NCBI RefSeq assembly: GCF_009914755.1
Contig: NC_060940.1
Length of the DNA: 64,000 nucleotides
Strand: one strand, 5' to 3'
Source of the DNA: the human T2T-CHM13v2.0 reference genome, Homo sapiens
Every line of letters begins with the position of its first letter. The stretch's first letter is position 1. The notes under the pieces are model-generated. The model searched no databases and was not told the DNA's origin. It was given only the letters and a program-made list of their open reading frames with translations. Position numbers and translations under genes: made by a program. Below are positions 1 through 15,680 of this stretch, piece after piece.

Positions 1-144
1 ATGACAGATCTCTTAGGACTTCTCCGTCTCACTCAAAGACTCAGCAAGGTCCCAGCTTGAAAGAGTGCATGGGCACTGTCACTCGTGGTAGAGCAGAAAG
101 CCAAAGATGGTGCAGAGTATCATAATTAAACAGGAGGACTCAAG

Positions 145-340
145 AGTCAGGCCACTTGAATTTGAATCCTGAGTCTATGACTTACTAGCTGCGTGACTTT
201 AGGCAAGTTGCTTCACCTTTCTGAACTTCAGTTTTCCACTGTGCAAAATGAGAACAGTAAGAGCTTCTTTACTGGGTTACTATTAAGGTAATGCAACTGT
301 CTTATACAGGAAGAAACTTAATGTGTACTCAATAAATAGT
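145..340 (+). mobile_element. MIR SINE fragment
   Basis: MIR core words: ttgaatcctgag...ttactagctgcgtgactttaggcaagttgcttcacctttctgaacttcagtttt...aaaatgagaa. Confidence 0.8.
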
Positions 341-485
341 AAAAGTTATTGTTTTTTTAATGCAGTGTGATTATATGCTGCCCAGATATAAAAAGAGGCA
401 AATCATAGAGGTGAAAAAGACCCTGGGATGGAAGTCAGGAGATCTGATTTCTTGTTTTGGTTTTGCCACCAATTCACTTACTTGG

Positions 486-832
486 TGTATTAGTCTGTTT
501 TCAAACTGCTGATAAAGACATACCCAAGACTGGGCAATTTACAAAAGAAAGAGGTTTAAGGGACTCACAGTTCCACGTGGCTGGGGAGGCCTCACAATCG
601 TAGTGGAAGGTGAAAGGCACGTCTCACATGGCAGCAGACAAGAGAAGAGAACTTGTGCAGGGCAACTCCCCTTTATAAAACCATCAGAGCTTGTGAGACT
701 TATTACTGTCACAAGAATAGCACAGGAAAGACCTGCCCCATGATTCAGTTACCTACCACTGGGTCCCTCCCACAAGTGTGGGAGCTACAATTCAAGATGA
801 GATTTGGGTAGGGACAGAGCCAAACCATATCA
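486..832 (-). mobile_element. THE1B-like MaLR solo LTR
   Basis: tgtattagtctgttttc...gatttgggtagggacagagccaaaccatatca is the reverse complement of a THE1 LTR; 5-bp TSD cttgg/tttgg; interrupts a MIR. Confidence 0.92.
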
Positions 833-931
833 TTTGGATACCTGAGACAAGGTAGTTGATGATGTTGAACTTTAGTTGTAAACTGAGGTGGAAGGATTAG
901 GAGGTGCTCTCTAAGCTGCCTAAGTCACTAA

Positions 932-1090
<159 letters not shown>

Positions 1091-1139
1091 CACTCCAGCT
1101 CTTCCCTTCTTTGGACTGCTAAGAGTGTCCTATTGCCTA

Positions 1140-1580
1140 ATACAAGACACTCTTCTAGACATAAATGGTAGAAAAAAATCCCAAAGAGGTTTAAGCCAAA
1201 AATAAGAAATAGTTGGCTCAGAGAAGCCAAACCTGTGGTTGAATGGTCAAATCCCACGGATGCAGCTAGACTCCAAGAACAGCTGGAGTCTGGGTCTCAC
1301 TTCTCTCTCCCCCTCTTTTGCTTTCAGTTGCTTGCTGCATTCACCCTCCCTCACAAACTGTCTTACTCCACACTCAGGGAACATTCATACTAATGCTTCC
1401 TATTTCACAGTTTAGACCTAAACCCACGGGAAAGAATGACTGACTGCCCTCCCTTCCCAAGTCCGAAAATCCCAAGGTGGGGATTCATTGGCCTAGTGTA
1501 GACCAGTTGCCAACTCCATGACCAATCAGCCATGGCTTTGCGATGGGGCCATGTTAGACCACAGCAGCTCTCATGGGAAC
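1140..1580 (-). mobile_element. Old MaLR LTR (MLT1J/K-like)
   Basis: ggtttaagccaaaaataagaaatagttggctca and gattcattggcctagt...gaccaatcagccatggc resemble MLT1J/K words. Confidence 0.5.
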
Positions 1581-1877
1581 CATGTATTACCTACCTAGCC
1601 AGTCTGCACATCTGAATTTGCAACTTCTGCAGTATACCCTAAAGGGAAGCTTTTCTATTTCTCTCATTATTTTGCAAAGCACTTCCATTCTTATCTTCAT
1701 ATAATCCTTATAACAACCTTACAATGGAAACAGCTGTCAGCCTTAAATCCAACATGATTTAGAGGGTCCTTTGGCTCAGGGAAGCTGGGTGCCCTGGCCA
1801 AAGTCACAGCCTGTCCATAGCAGAGGCAAATCCAGCTAAGAACCTGGGTGTTTTAACTTCTCTTCCAGTGTTTTCTC

Positions 1878-2190
1878 TTTTTTTTTTTTTTAAAGAGACA
1901 AGATCATCTTGCTCTGTCGCACAGGCTAGAGGGCAGTGACGCAATCAATCATAAGTCACTGCAGCCTCAAACTCCTGGCTTTAAGTGATCCTCCCACTCA
2001 GCCTCCCAAGTAGCTGCAACTATAGGCACACACCACCATGCCCAGCTGATTTATTTATTTGTTTGTTTGTTTATTTAGGTAAAGATGAGGTCTTGCAATG
2101 TTGCCCAGGCTGTTCTCAAACTCCTGGGCTCAAGCCATCCTCCCGCCTCAACCTCCCAAAGTGCTGGAATTACAGGCATGCGCCACCACA
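1878..2190 (-). mobile_element. AluJ-like, full length
   Basis: poly-T then both Alu arms in reverse. Confidence 0.92.
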
Positions 2191-2689
2191 CTTAACCTCT
2201 TCCAGTGGTCTTTCCCAAAACACACTGCATATTTGTTTTTTCCAGAATGCTCATCAATGAAGACCCAAGAATATAATCACTGGTAGGGCCCATGTGTCTC
2301 CCACCCTGGTAGCTATGCAGGCACCTCCCTTGAGGCAGCTTTCTGGCTCTGATGTCTATTTGCCTATAAATAGCAGACCCAGGGACGGGACTCTCAAGCC
2401 CAGAGAGGGAAAAGCACAGGCTTCTTAGGGACCTTTCCAACCTGCGGAGAATGGAAGAAAAGGAAACAGGAGGAAACCCTGGAGAGGGCCCAGAACAGCT
2501 CCATGGTCCGGCAGAACAGATGCCATCACTGGTGCCACCACTTCATCACCTCCTCCAGGACACTCCCTGGACCCCACAGAGAATCTGGTCTTCGCTCTTC
2601 ACTAAGTATCCCCAAAGGAAGGCAGGGTTGACCTCCCTGTCTTCCTTCCTTTGCAGCTTCTCTTTCTACTCTTTCAATATGGCACGGTG

Positions 2690-2880
2690 GTTAGGTGTGC
2701 TGGCTTGAGAGCTGGTCTGCCTGGCTATATGGCCTTGGCAAGTTTTCACCCGTGTATTTCATTTCCATCATTGATAAAAAGAGTCCCTATGTCATGGATT
2801 TATTGAAATGGTTAAATAAGATCGTGAAAATAAAGCACTTAGAACAGCACCTGGCTTGTGGAAGGTGTAGTTACAATTAT
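2690..2880 (+). mobile_element. MIR fragment
   Basis: ccttggcaagttttcacc...taaagcacttagaacagcacctggc. Confidence 0.7.
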
Positions 2881-3029
2881 CGTCTATATGGCCAGGAGAG
2901 TGGCTAGGAATGATAGGGGCAAATTTGTATTGCTTGTTTTCATATTATACAAGCAATGCAACCACAAAGAAAAGGCAAAAGGCAGAAGCGGGGACATCTA
3001 TGGAATAATTGGCATGGTCAGTTCAACAA

Positions 3030-3795
<766 letters not shown>

Positions 3796-3960
3796 CATGT
3801 TTATTGTAAAAATTTAAAGTTGCAGAAAACATTCCAAAGAAAACACAGTAACTCTACCACCTAGGAGAAAATTATCAATAATGTTTTGATGTATCTCCTT
3901 CCAAGTTTTAATTGTCTTAACTTTACTGCAATCAGAAGGCACATAAAATTCTGCAATTTA

Positions 3961-4241
<281 letters not shown>

Positions 4242-4399
4242 TTCTGCAATTTACTTTTTCTTAACTTATACACATTTTTCCTTGTTATTAAAAAAATGCA
4301 ATCATTTTTAATGGCTGCAGAATACTCCTTTGAGGAGATAAAATGGAGCAGTCATAAGTTCCTCTATCACAGAATTGCAATTATAATTAAAATGATGAT

Positions 4400-4770
4400 G
4401 ATGAAGAGGATGATAGCTAATATTCACTGAGCACTTATTACATGCCTGAGCTCTAACATGCATTATCTATTTTCATCTTCACAACATGTGAGATAGCTAT
4501 GATGTTTTTTTTGAGACAGGATCTCACTCTGTTGCCCAGGCTGGAGTGCAGTCATGCAATCATGGCACACTGCAGCCTCAACCTCGAGCCCAAGTGATCC
4601 TCCTGCCTCACCCTCCCACGTAACTGGGACCACAGGCACACACCACCATGCCTGGCTAATACCTACTATTATTATCAGAAGAAGAAAATGAGACTCAGAG
4701 AAGTTAAGTGACATATCTAGGGTCACACAGCTAGGGAGTAGCAGAGCCCAGGCCCCACTCAGGCTATGAG
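4400..4770 (-). mobile_element. MIR interrupted by an Alu right-arm monomer (4505-4659, -)
   Basis: agctaatattcactgagcacttattacatgcc ... gagactcagagaagttaagtgacatatctagggtcacacagct. Confidence 0.8.
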
Positions 4771-4926
4771 GTACAAATGTAAGCCCATGCCTTTACTTTC
4801 ATTTATTTGTTCATTCACCAAACATTGACAGGGCGCCTGCCCTAAGTCAGATGCTGGACTGGGTTGTGACTCACCCCAGAAGTTCACACTGCTACAGGAC
4901 ACTAATGATTTTAAATTGTCAGACTA

Positions 4927-5187
4927 GGCCAGGCGCAGTGGCTCATGCCTGTAATCCCAGCACTTTGGGAGGCCGAGGCAGGCGAATCACTTGAGGTCAG
5001 GAGTTCAAGAGCAGCCTGGCCAACATAGCAAAACCCTGTCTCTACTAAAAATACAAAAATTAGCCGGGCGTACTGGTGGGTGCCTGTAAACCCAGCAACT
5101 CAGGAGGCTGAGGTTGCAGTAAGCCAAGATTGCGCCACTGCACTCTAGCCTGGGCGACAGAGTGAGACTCCATCTCAAAAAAAAAAA
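4927..5187 (+). mobile_element. AluS-like with right-arm deletion
   Basis: Alu body; TSD attgtcagacta. Confidence 0.93.
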
Positions 5188-5744
5188 GATTGTCAGACTA
5201 GAGACCACAAGAGCCGTGATTCCTAGGGCCCTGGTCTACAGTGCCTGCATTTCTTCTCCACAGCAGATGAGAAAGCCACATCTCAGCCTTCTAGTAATAA
5301 CTCATCCTGCCCAGGAAAAAAGCATCCCTGGCAGCCAGAGAAGGGGTGGGGGGTAGTGATAATTTATTATTGATAATTAATGACACCAAAAACCTTTTAA
5401 TATTCATATTATTTATTCTTAGCCCTGTCTGGCTGCACTGGCACAAACAGTTTGTTGTTAATGAGACTAGGAGCATTTTTAAATCAACTTAATTGACATT
5501 TTTATGGTGTTCAGTGGGTCCGAACGCAAGATTTTCAGCTGGGAAGCTGGATAAAAGTGATAGGAGGAGGGAGGAGCTCTACAGAGCCCCTGGGAAAGGA
5601 GAAGGTCACTGAGGAGCAGCCAGAGGAGGGAGAAGCCTGATGGAAACAACTGGATCTGGGAATTTTGTGCTGTGGCTGTTTCCAGGTCCACCACTTCATT
5701 TTCATCATAGCTGCACTGCCCTGCAGGTTCCACCTAAGCTGTGC

Positions 5745-5890
5745 AGTCTTGGACCTGGGACTTGACTGCTCAGTGCCTCAGTTTGCCCATCTGTAAAATG
5801 GGCTTCATAATAGCCCCTTCCTCACAGGCTTGTTATGAAGATAACATGACATGGATTCATTTATGTAAAAAACTTAGAACAGTACCTGAT
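5745..5890 (+). mobile_element. MIR fragment
   Basis: gcctcagtttgcccatctgtaaaatggg core. Confidence 0.8.
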
Positions 5891-5949
5891 GTTTTGCTAC
5901 TCTTAGCACCATTGTTACTGTTTCTCCTAAAATGAATTTTATGAGGTCT

Positions 5950-6350
5950 CCACGGTTGATTTTAAAGCCGTTTGCCAAATATTCTGGAATACCTCCTTGC
6001 AAGAAGATTTTAGATCTCCACCTTGTTGAACTCAACAAGGGCCATGTGATTTGTTTTGGGTCACTACTCGGCAGGTGGAACTAACACGTGTCACTTGCCA
6101 GCAGATTTAAGAGCCAACACATTTTTCACTATGTCTTTTCTCCTCTCGTCTGCCATGAGATTGGCAATGTTCCACTTAGAGGTTCTCCCATCTGCCAGGT
6201 CCCAGAGTGAAGAAGGCATGGAGCAGAGGCACTGCCAACCCACCACGGATGTGCAACATGAGGAAGAAATAGACATTTGCTGTCAGAGGCCATGGAACCT
6301 TGGGGGTTGTTTGTTACGGTAGCTAAACCTAGCCTGTTGTAACTGGCACA
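5950..6350 (+). mobile_element. MLT1I/J-like LTR
   Basis: gggccatgtgatttgttttgg...atttaagagcc...ggggttgtttgttac...taactggcaca. Confidence 0.7.
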
Positions 6351-6673
6351 GCATCTTGCCTTAACCCACTCTAGGCCCAATGGGAAAACGTAATCAGCAG
6401 AGAAGGACTGTGATAGGGGCTTCCGAAGTCCCAAAGACCAGCACCAGATCTAGCCAGGGAGGACTGGGGGAAGGGTGCCTTTCCATTTGAGCTCGGAGAA
6501 GGTTTTACACAACACGATGGTACTTTACATTTGTTGATTGCCTTCTCTGTTCCAGGTGGTCTACAGGTATTATCTCCTTTAATCCTCAAAACAGCCCTAT
6601 GGCGTAGTTATGATAATGAAGGTGATCACTCCTACATCTATTATGGGGCACTGAACTTTTAAAGTTGAAGTTT

Positions 6674-6990
6674 GCTGGGTGTCATGGTTCATGCCTATAA
6701 TCACAGCACTTTGGGAGGCTAAGGTGGGAAAAGGCTAAGGTGGGAAGCCAGGAGTTCGAGAGCAGCCTGAGCAACACAGTGAGACACTTGTCTCTACAAA
6801 AAAAAAAAAATTTAATTAGCCAGGCATAGTGGTACATGCCTGTAGCCCCAGCTCCTCAGGAGGCTAAGGCAAGAGGATCCCTTTGAGCCCAGGAGTTTGA
6901 GACTGTGGTGAGCTATGATCACGCCACTGCACTCCAGTCTGGCCAACAGAGTGAGACCCTGTCTCAATCAATCAATCAATCAATCCAATT
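6674..6990 (+). mobile_element. AluJ-like with (TCAA)n tail
   Basis: Alu body; internal duplication of aggctaaggtgggaa. Confidence 0.92.
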
Positions 6991-7029
6991 TTAAAAAATA
7001 ATAATAAGTACATAAAATTTAAGTAACTT

Positions 7030-7359
7030 GGCCAGGCGCAGTAGCTCACGCCTGTAATCCCAGCATTTTGGGAGCCCAAGGCGGGCGAATCACTTGAGGT
7101 CAGGGGTTCGAGACCAGCCTGGCCAACATGGTAAGACCCCGTCTCTACCAAAAATACAAAAATTAGCCAGGCATAACGGCAGGTGCCTGTAATCCCAGTT
7201 ACTCAGGAGGCTGAGGCAGGAGGATTGCTTGAACCCAGGAGGCGGAGGTTGCAGTGAGCCAAGGTTACACCACTGCACTCCACCCTGGGTGACAAAAGTG
7301 AGACTCCATCTCAAAATAAATAAATAAATAAATAAAATAAAATAAAATAAAATAAAAAA
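7030..7359 (+). mobile_element. AluS-like with (TAAA)n(TAAAA)n tail
   Basis: Alu body; TSD atttaagtaactt. Confidence 0.95.
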
Positions 7360-7540
7360 CAAGATTTAAGTAACTTGCTCCAAGTCCCAAGTGAGAGGCT
7401 TTGGACCAGGCAGAGTTCACATTCTTTCTACCACATAACACTGTCCCCTATATAGGTCTTTACCTTACACCTACATCTGAATCACTTGGGTGGGGAGAGG
7501 AGTGCATTAACATAAAGATTAACAGGCCTGCCCCAGACCT

Positions 7541-8141
7541 GCCATGGTGGGCAGAATCTTCAGCTGTCCCCCATGAGCTCTGCCCTCTGGTGTTCCACCT
7601 TGGTATAACCCCCTCCCCGTAAATGCAATTAGAACCTGAGACTTGCTTCTAATCAATAGGAGATGACAGAGGTGATGGGGCATTCCACCTATGATTACCT
7701 TTCATTTTATAAGTCTTGGTCTTAACATAGTAGAGATACTTTTTTCCCAGCCCCAAAGAAGCAAACAGCTATGGTGTGAACTGTCTATGGAGAAGGCCAC
7801 ATGGCATGGAACTACAGGATGTTTCCAGGACCTGAGAGTGGCCTCTACCTGATACGGCCAGTAAAATTCTAGGATTCTCCATCATACATACAGCTGCAAG
7901 CAAATAAATTCTGCCAACAACTTAAATGAGTCTGGAAGTTGGTTCTTCCCCAGTCAGACCTCCAGATGAGAACACAGCCCACCCAATGCCCTGACTGCAG
8001 CCTGATGAGACCCTGAGCAGAGGACCCAGCTAAGCTGCACCTGGAATCCTGACCCACAGAAACTATGATACAATAAATGGGTGTTGTGTTAAACTGCTAA
8101 TTTTGTGGTGACTTGTTTTGAAGCAATAGAAATTAATATAC
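7541..8141 (+). mobile_element. MLT1E-like LTR
   Basis: tggtgggcagaat...aattctgccaacaac...cctccagatgagaacacagcc...gacccacagaaact...gcaatagaaattaatatac. Confidence 0.8.
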
Positions 8142-8146
8142 CAACA

Positions 8147-8708
<562 letters not shown>

Positions 8709-8915
8709 CTAAAGATAGGACCCAGGATGTAACATTTTGAATAAGATGCCTGGGTGATTCTTACATGCACTAACATTTGAGAAATGTCAGTGTACTGGTT
8801 ATAAACACGCCATCTTAAATCTGTGCAGCCTTGAGTAAGTTACCTAAATTCTCTGGCCTCAATTTCTTAACCTGCAAAATGGGGATAAACATACAGATCT
8901 TAATACAAGTTATAA

Positions 8916-9483
<568 letters not shown>

Positions 9484-9630
9484 TAGAGTTCAACAAAACT
9501 GGGTTTGTTGGCTTGTTGTAAAGAGGGTAACATACACCACGTGGGGCATCTCTGTAGGGGCATGTTAGAAAGAACTTATAGAACTTGGACTCTTGTTAGT
9601 CAGTTTGGAGGAGGGTTTAAGAAAGTGGGG

Positions 9631-9760
9631 CTTGAACTCCTGGCATGAGAATTGCTAGAACCCAGGAGGCGGAGGCTGCAGTAAGTGGAGATTGCGTGAC
9701 TACACTCCAGCCTGGGCGACAGAGCAAGACTCCATCTCAAAAAGAAAAAAAAGAAAAAAA
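9631..9760 (+). mobile_element. 5'-truncated Alu right arm
   Basis: ggcatgagaattgctagaacccaggaggcggagg...A-tail; TSD aagaaagtgg(g/a)gctt. Confidence 0.9.
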
Positions 9761-9774
9761 GAAAGTGGAGCTTT

Positions 9775-10456
<682 letters not shown>

Positions 10457-10849
10457 CTTTAACCGGGTTATCTTAATAAATGCTAGCAAGAAAAGAAGGA
10501 AGTAAGGCTAAAGCTGTAATTGGTGGATAAGTGGACATCACTCAGAGGAGCCAGGATGAAGATTGTTTGGTTATTTTTGAGGTTTGGACAATGCTCATGT
10601 TTTGTCTCTGTTCTGACATGACTGTGGAGTGGTTTTGTCTTGTCTGACTCATCACAGTCACCGAGTGACATTGTTCTTCTCTCTCCCTCTCCCTATCCAT
10701 GCCGGTGAAAATCCTAATTGTCCTTTGTGGTTCATCTCAGAACCTCCTCCTCCACGAAGACTTCTAGGCTCACCCTGAAGTGGTCCCTGTTGGGACCACT
10801 GCCCCATAAAACCCTTCCTTCAAAACCATTTCATGCTAAAATGCGCTGC

Positions 10850-11327
10850 ATAGTGGAAGAGTCTGATGGTCTTGATACTGGTTGGATATCAAAGAAAGAC
10901 AGCCTATATCAGAGGCCAGCAAGAAGAGTAAAAGGGCCCAAAGCGGTCAGTAAGGGCTGGGGGACATTATTTCCTAATGACTATGAAGAGGCTTGACCAT
11001 AGTGGGAAGCCCCAGGCACTCAGCCAGCAGAACCTGCCCACCAGGAAGCAAGGGCCAAGGTGAGCCAGATGGAGGATCTACCCACCTGTGGACTCCATGA
11101 GTTGGAAGATATGACTCAGAATTGAAAGAAGGACTTATTTGTACATTCTTCAGCACTACTGATCACTTAGTCATAAGGATGGTTAGTCTTGGACCTATGT
11201 CAGGTACAGAGTTGAGCTAATTATATTCAGAAATTATGGTGGTTTCAGGGTTGAGTTTCCAGTACACACAGGGCGCTGGGCAAGCTGAAGCCCTGGGGTT
11301 TGCCAGTGGTGACAGTGGTTCCCTCAC
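10850..11327 (+). mobile_element. Possible ancient Gypsy-like mammalian LTR
   Basis: Ends ...gggttgagtttccagt...gccctggggtttgccagtggtgacagtggttccctcaca, resembling recalled MamGypLTR-type 3' ends; 5' boundary uncertain. Confidence 0.35.
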
Positions 11328-11904
11328 AAGACAAGCTCAGGTAATGTTCCCAAACCCAGAGACATCCACTTGAGGACTGGGTCTCCCCCAAATCCTTTTA
11401 ACGAACTCCTTTTCTGCTTAATTAGCCTAAGTTGGCTTTTGTTAAGAATCCCAGTGGGTACACCCACACCCCACCTACTCAGAAAGGATCATTGTTAACT
11501 CCAAGGTGTTCAAATTTCCAAATCTTTTTCTGGTCTTATGTGAATTAATACTTTTTCATAAAAATGGGATCACATTTTACATAATGTTGTATAACCTACC
11601 ACAACTTATTTGAGCAATTCACCAATTGTTTGAAGTATTAAGCTTTTTCCAACTAATCCTCTATTTTTTAACAATTTGTTCCAACTAATTGTTGATTTTT
11701 TCCAGATTTCACAAATAGTGGAACTATTTGACTAATAATTGGCTACAAAGAAATCTCTGTCTCACCTTCCAGTTCTTTCAGGCAAACAAAATATTGATGA
11801 CTAACCACCATTTTTTGAGTGCTTCATGTGGCACTGTGCTAAGTTTTTTAAATTATCATGGTAAAAATGAAAAACACATAATATAAAATTTACCATCTTA
11901 ATCA

Positions 11905-12192
<288 letters not shown>

Positions 12193-12401
12193 CATCTTCA
12201 TCATTTTAAGTGTACAGTACAGTAGCACTATCTATATGCATATTGTCATACATTTCACATGCACAATCTCTAGAACTTTTTTATCTTGCAAAACGGAGAC
12301 TCTATTGAACAACAGCAACCCTTTTGCCCCTCTCCACAGTCCCCAGGAACTACCATTCTATTTTCTATTTATATGAGCTTGACTACTTTAGATACCTCGT
12401 A

Positions 12402-12826
12402 CGCTACAGTTTGGATGTTTGTCTTCCAAATCTCATGTTGAAATTTGGTCCTCAAGACTGGGGGTGGAGCCTAATGGGAGGTGTTTGGGTCACAGGGGCA
12501 GATCCCTCATGAACATCTTGGTGCTATCCTCATGGTAATGAGTTTCCACTCTGTTAGTTCCTGAAAGAGCTGATTGTTAAAAAGAGGCTGGCATCTCTCC
12601 CCACTCTCTCTTGCTTCCTCCCCCACATTGTAATCTTGCACATGCCAAGCTTCCCTTCACCTTCCACCATGATTGGAAGCAGCCTGAGGCCTCACCAGAA
12701 GCTGAGCAGATGCTTGTGCCATGCTTCTTGTACAGCCTGCAGAATCATGAGCCAAATAAACCTTTTTTCTTTATAAATTACTCAGCCTCAGGTATTACTT
12801 TATAGCAACACAAACAGGCTAAGACA
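12402..12826 (+). mobile_element. MSTB-like MaLR solo LTR
   Basis: cgctacagtttggatgtttgtc...ccaaataaacc...ggctaagaca; flanks ctcgta/ctcata. Confidence 0.9.
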
Positions 12827-12856
12827 CTCATATAAACAGAATTACTCATATTTGTC

Positions 12857-13005
12857 TTTTTTTTTTTTTTTTTGAGATGGAGTCTCACCCTGTCGCCCAG
12901 GCTAGAGGGCAGTGGCATGATCTCGGCTCACTGCAATCCACCTCCTGTGTTCAAGCAATTCTCGTGCCTCAGCCTCCCGAGTAGCTGAGACTACAGGTGT
13001 GGTGG
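12857..13005 (-). mobile_element. Alu right-arm fragment
   Basis: poly-T + gagatggagtctcaccctgtcgcccaggct. Confidence 0.88.
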
Positions 13006-13261
13006 CATATTTGTTTTTTTGTGACTAACTTATTTCAACTAGCATAACATCCTCAAGGTTCATCCATGTTGTGACCTATGATTTTCTTCTTTTTTAAGGC
13101 TGAGTAATATTCAATTGTATGTATATACCTCATTTTCTTTATCCATTCATCCATCAATGGACATTTAGGTTGCTTCTACCTCTTGTCTATTGTGAATAAT
13201 GCTGCAGTGATTACGGGTGTGAAAATCTGCCTTTGAGATCTGTTTCCAGTTCTTTTGGGTA

Positions 13262-13626
13262 TGCAATCCTTGACTTACGATAGTTCAACTTAAAATTTTT
13301 CAACTTTATCATGGTGCAAAAGCAGTATAGATTCAATAGAAACCGTACTAAAAGTATCCATACAATCATTCTGTTTTTCACTTTCAATAACATATTTAAT
13401 AAATTACATGAGATAATCAACACTTCATTATAACATCGGCCTTGCGTTAGATGATGTTGCCCAACTGCAGGCAAATATAAGTGTTCTGAGCATGTTTAAG
13501 GCAGACGAGGCTAAGCTATGACATTCAGTAGGTAAGGTGTATTAAATGCATTTTCAACTTAATGATATTTTCAATTTATGATGGGTTCATCAGGACATAA
13601 TCCCATTATGACTCAAGGAGCATCTG
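13262..13626 (-). mobile_element. MER47A-like Tigger (TcMar) DNA transposon relic
   Basis: ccttgacttacgatagttcaactt...ggtgtattaaatgcattttcaactt...aaggagcatctg then TA; degenerate terminal inverted repeats. Confidence 0.85.
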
Positions 13627-13667
13627 TAATCCCAGAAGTGGTATTGCTGGATCATATATTAATTCTA

Positions 13668-13959
13668 CTTTTTTTTTTTGAGACAGAGTCTCACTCTGTA
13701 GCCCAGGCTGGAGTACAGTGGCGTGATCTCGGCTCACTGCAACCTCCGCCTCCGGGGTTCAGGTGATTCTCCTGCCTAGGCCTCTCGAGTACCTGGGACT
13801 ACAGGTTCACACCACCATGCCCAGCTAATTTTTGTATTTTTAGTAGAGACGGGGTTTCACCATGTTGGCCAGGCTGGTCTTGAACTCCTGACCTCATGAT
13901 CTGCCTGCCTCGGCCTCCCAAAGTCCTGGGATTACAGGCGTGAGCCACCGCGCCTGGCC
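13668..13959 (-). mobile_element. AluS-like in L1
   Basis: Reverse Alu; TSD attaattc(t/c)acttt. Confidence 0.93.
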
Positions 13960-14646
13960 TATTAATTCCACTTTTAATCTTTTGAAAAGCCTCTGTACTT
14001 TTTTCATAGTGGCTGCACCATTTTACAATCCCACCAACAGTGCACCAGGGTTCCAATTTTTCCATATCCTCACCAACATTTGTTATTTTCTGTTTTGTGA
14101 TAATGGCCCCAACAGGCATGAGGTGGTAGTTCATCGTGGTTTTGACTTGCATTTTCCTAATGATTATAATGTTGAGCATCTTTTCCTATGTTTGTTGGCC
14201 ATTCATATATTTTCTTTGAAGAAATGTCTATTTAAATCCTTTGACTGTTTTTTAATCTAGTTATTTGTTTTTTGCTGTTGTTGTTATTGCTAACTTGTGG
14301 GAGTTCTTTACATATTCTGGATATTAACACCTTATTAGACATATGGTTTGCAAATGTTTTCTCCCATCCGGTAGGTTGCCTTTTCACTGTATTGGTGGTT
14401 TCCTTTGCCGTGTCTAATTTCTTAACTTGTGCTATCTCATTTAATCCTCATCAAAATCCAGGGAGATGGTGGGGGGATTCGGAAGGGGGAGCTGAGACCT
14501 AGGATAGGTCCATTGCTTGCCCAAAGCCACACAGCCTGTAGTGCCAGAGCCAAGATTCAAATCTGTATTTTCTAATAAAACTCTCTTGCCAGTCTAGAGC
14601 AGGGACCATCAATCTCCCTTGCATATGCTTAGAAATATTCACATAG

Positions 14647-15025
<379 letters not shown>

Positions 15026-15339
15026 CTAAATTCCTTACTACCCTTGCCACTCCCATCCCTTCTCCTTTCCAGGACTAAATCAGTAACGATACTCGATGCT
15101 AGGCATATGTGCCACCTCTACCTTCTCTAGAACCTAATTCTCATCAATCATTCTCTTTTTCCTAGTGGGTCTAAACTGATTCTCAGAGTCTTTCTTGATA
15201 CAGTATTCCAAGCAGCCTCTATCCAGAGCTGACATGTGAGATGAAACCCCTATGCCATCTCTACTCAAGACTAGGAGTTTTTCCAGAGCAGAAACTGTAC
15301 AGGATTCATCTCTTTAATGAAAAATTTTCAATACTAACA

Positions 15340-15680
15340 GCAACATTTTGTTAACTGTTAACATGCCTGAAGCATGTCAAAGGCTGTGCTGAGCTGTTTA
15401 TATGTATTCTCCCCTTTATGTTATAAGGGAGATAATACCCATTTCTCAGATAAGGAAAGCAAGGCATAGAATGCTTAAATGATGCACAAAAAATTGTATT
15501 GCTGGTAAATGGTGGAGGCAAGATTGCAACTGATGGAGCTTGACTGACACAGCACACCATATCACCCCTGCCACACCCCTGTCTGTGTCCCCAGGCTCCA
15601 CACAGAGTTTGGCATGCAGTAAGTACATAATCAGCATTTTGTAAATGAATGAATGCACAAATTCTTGCATGAATGAATGA
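15340..15680. mobile_element. MIR (-) followed by L2 3' end (+)
   Basis: cccatttctcagataaggaaagcaaggcataga; ggcatgcagtaagtac...tgaatgaatg. Confidence 0.65.
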
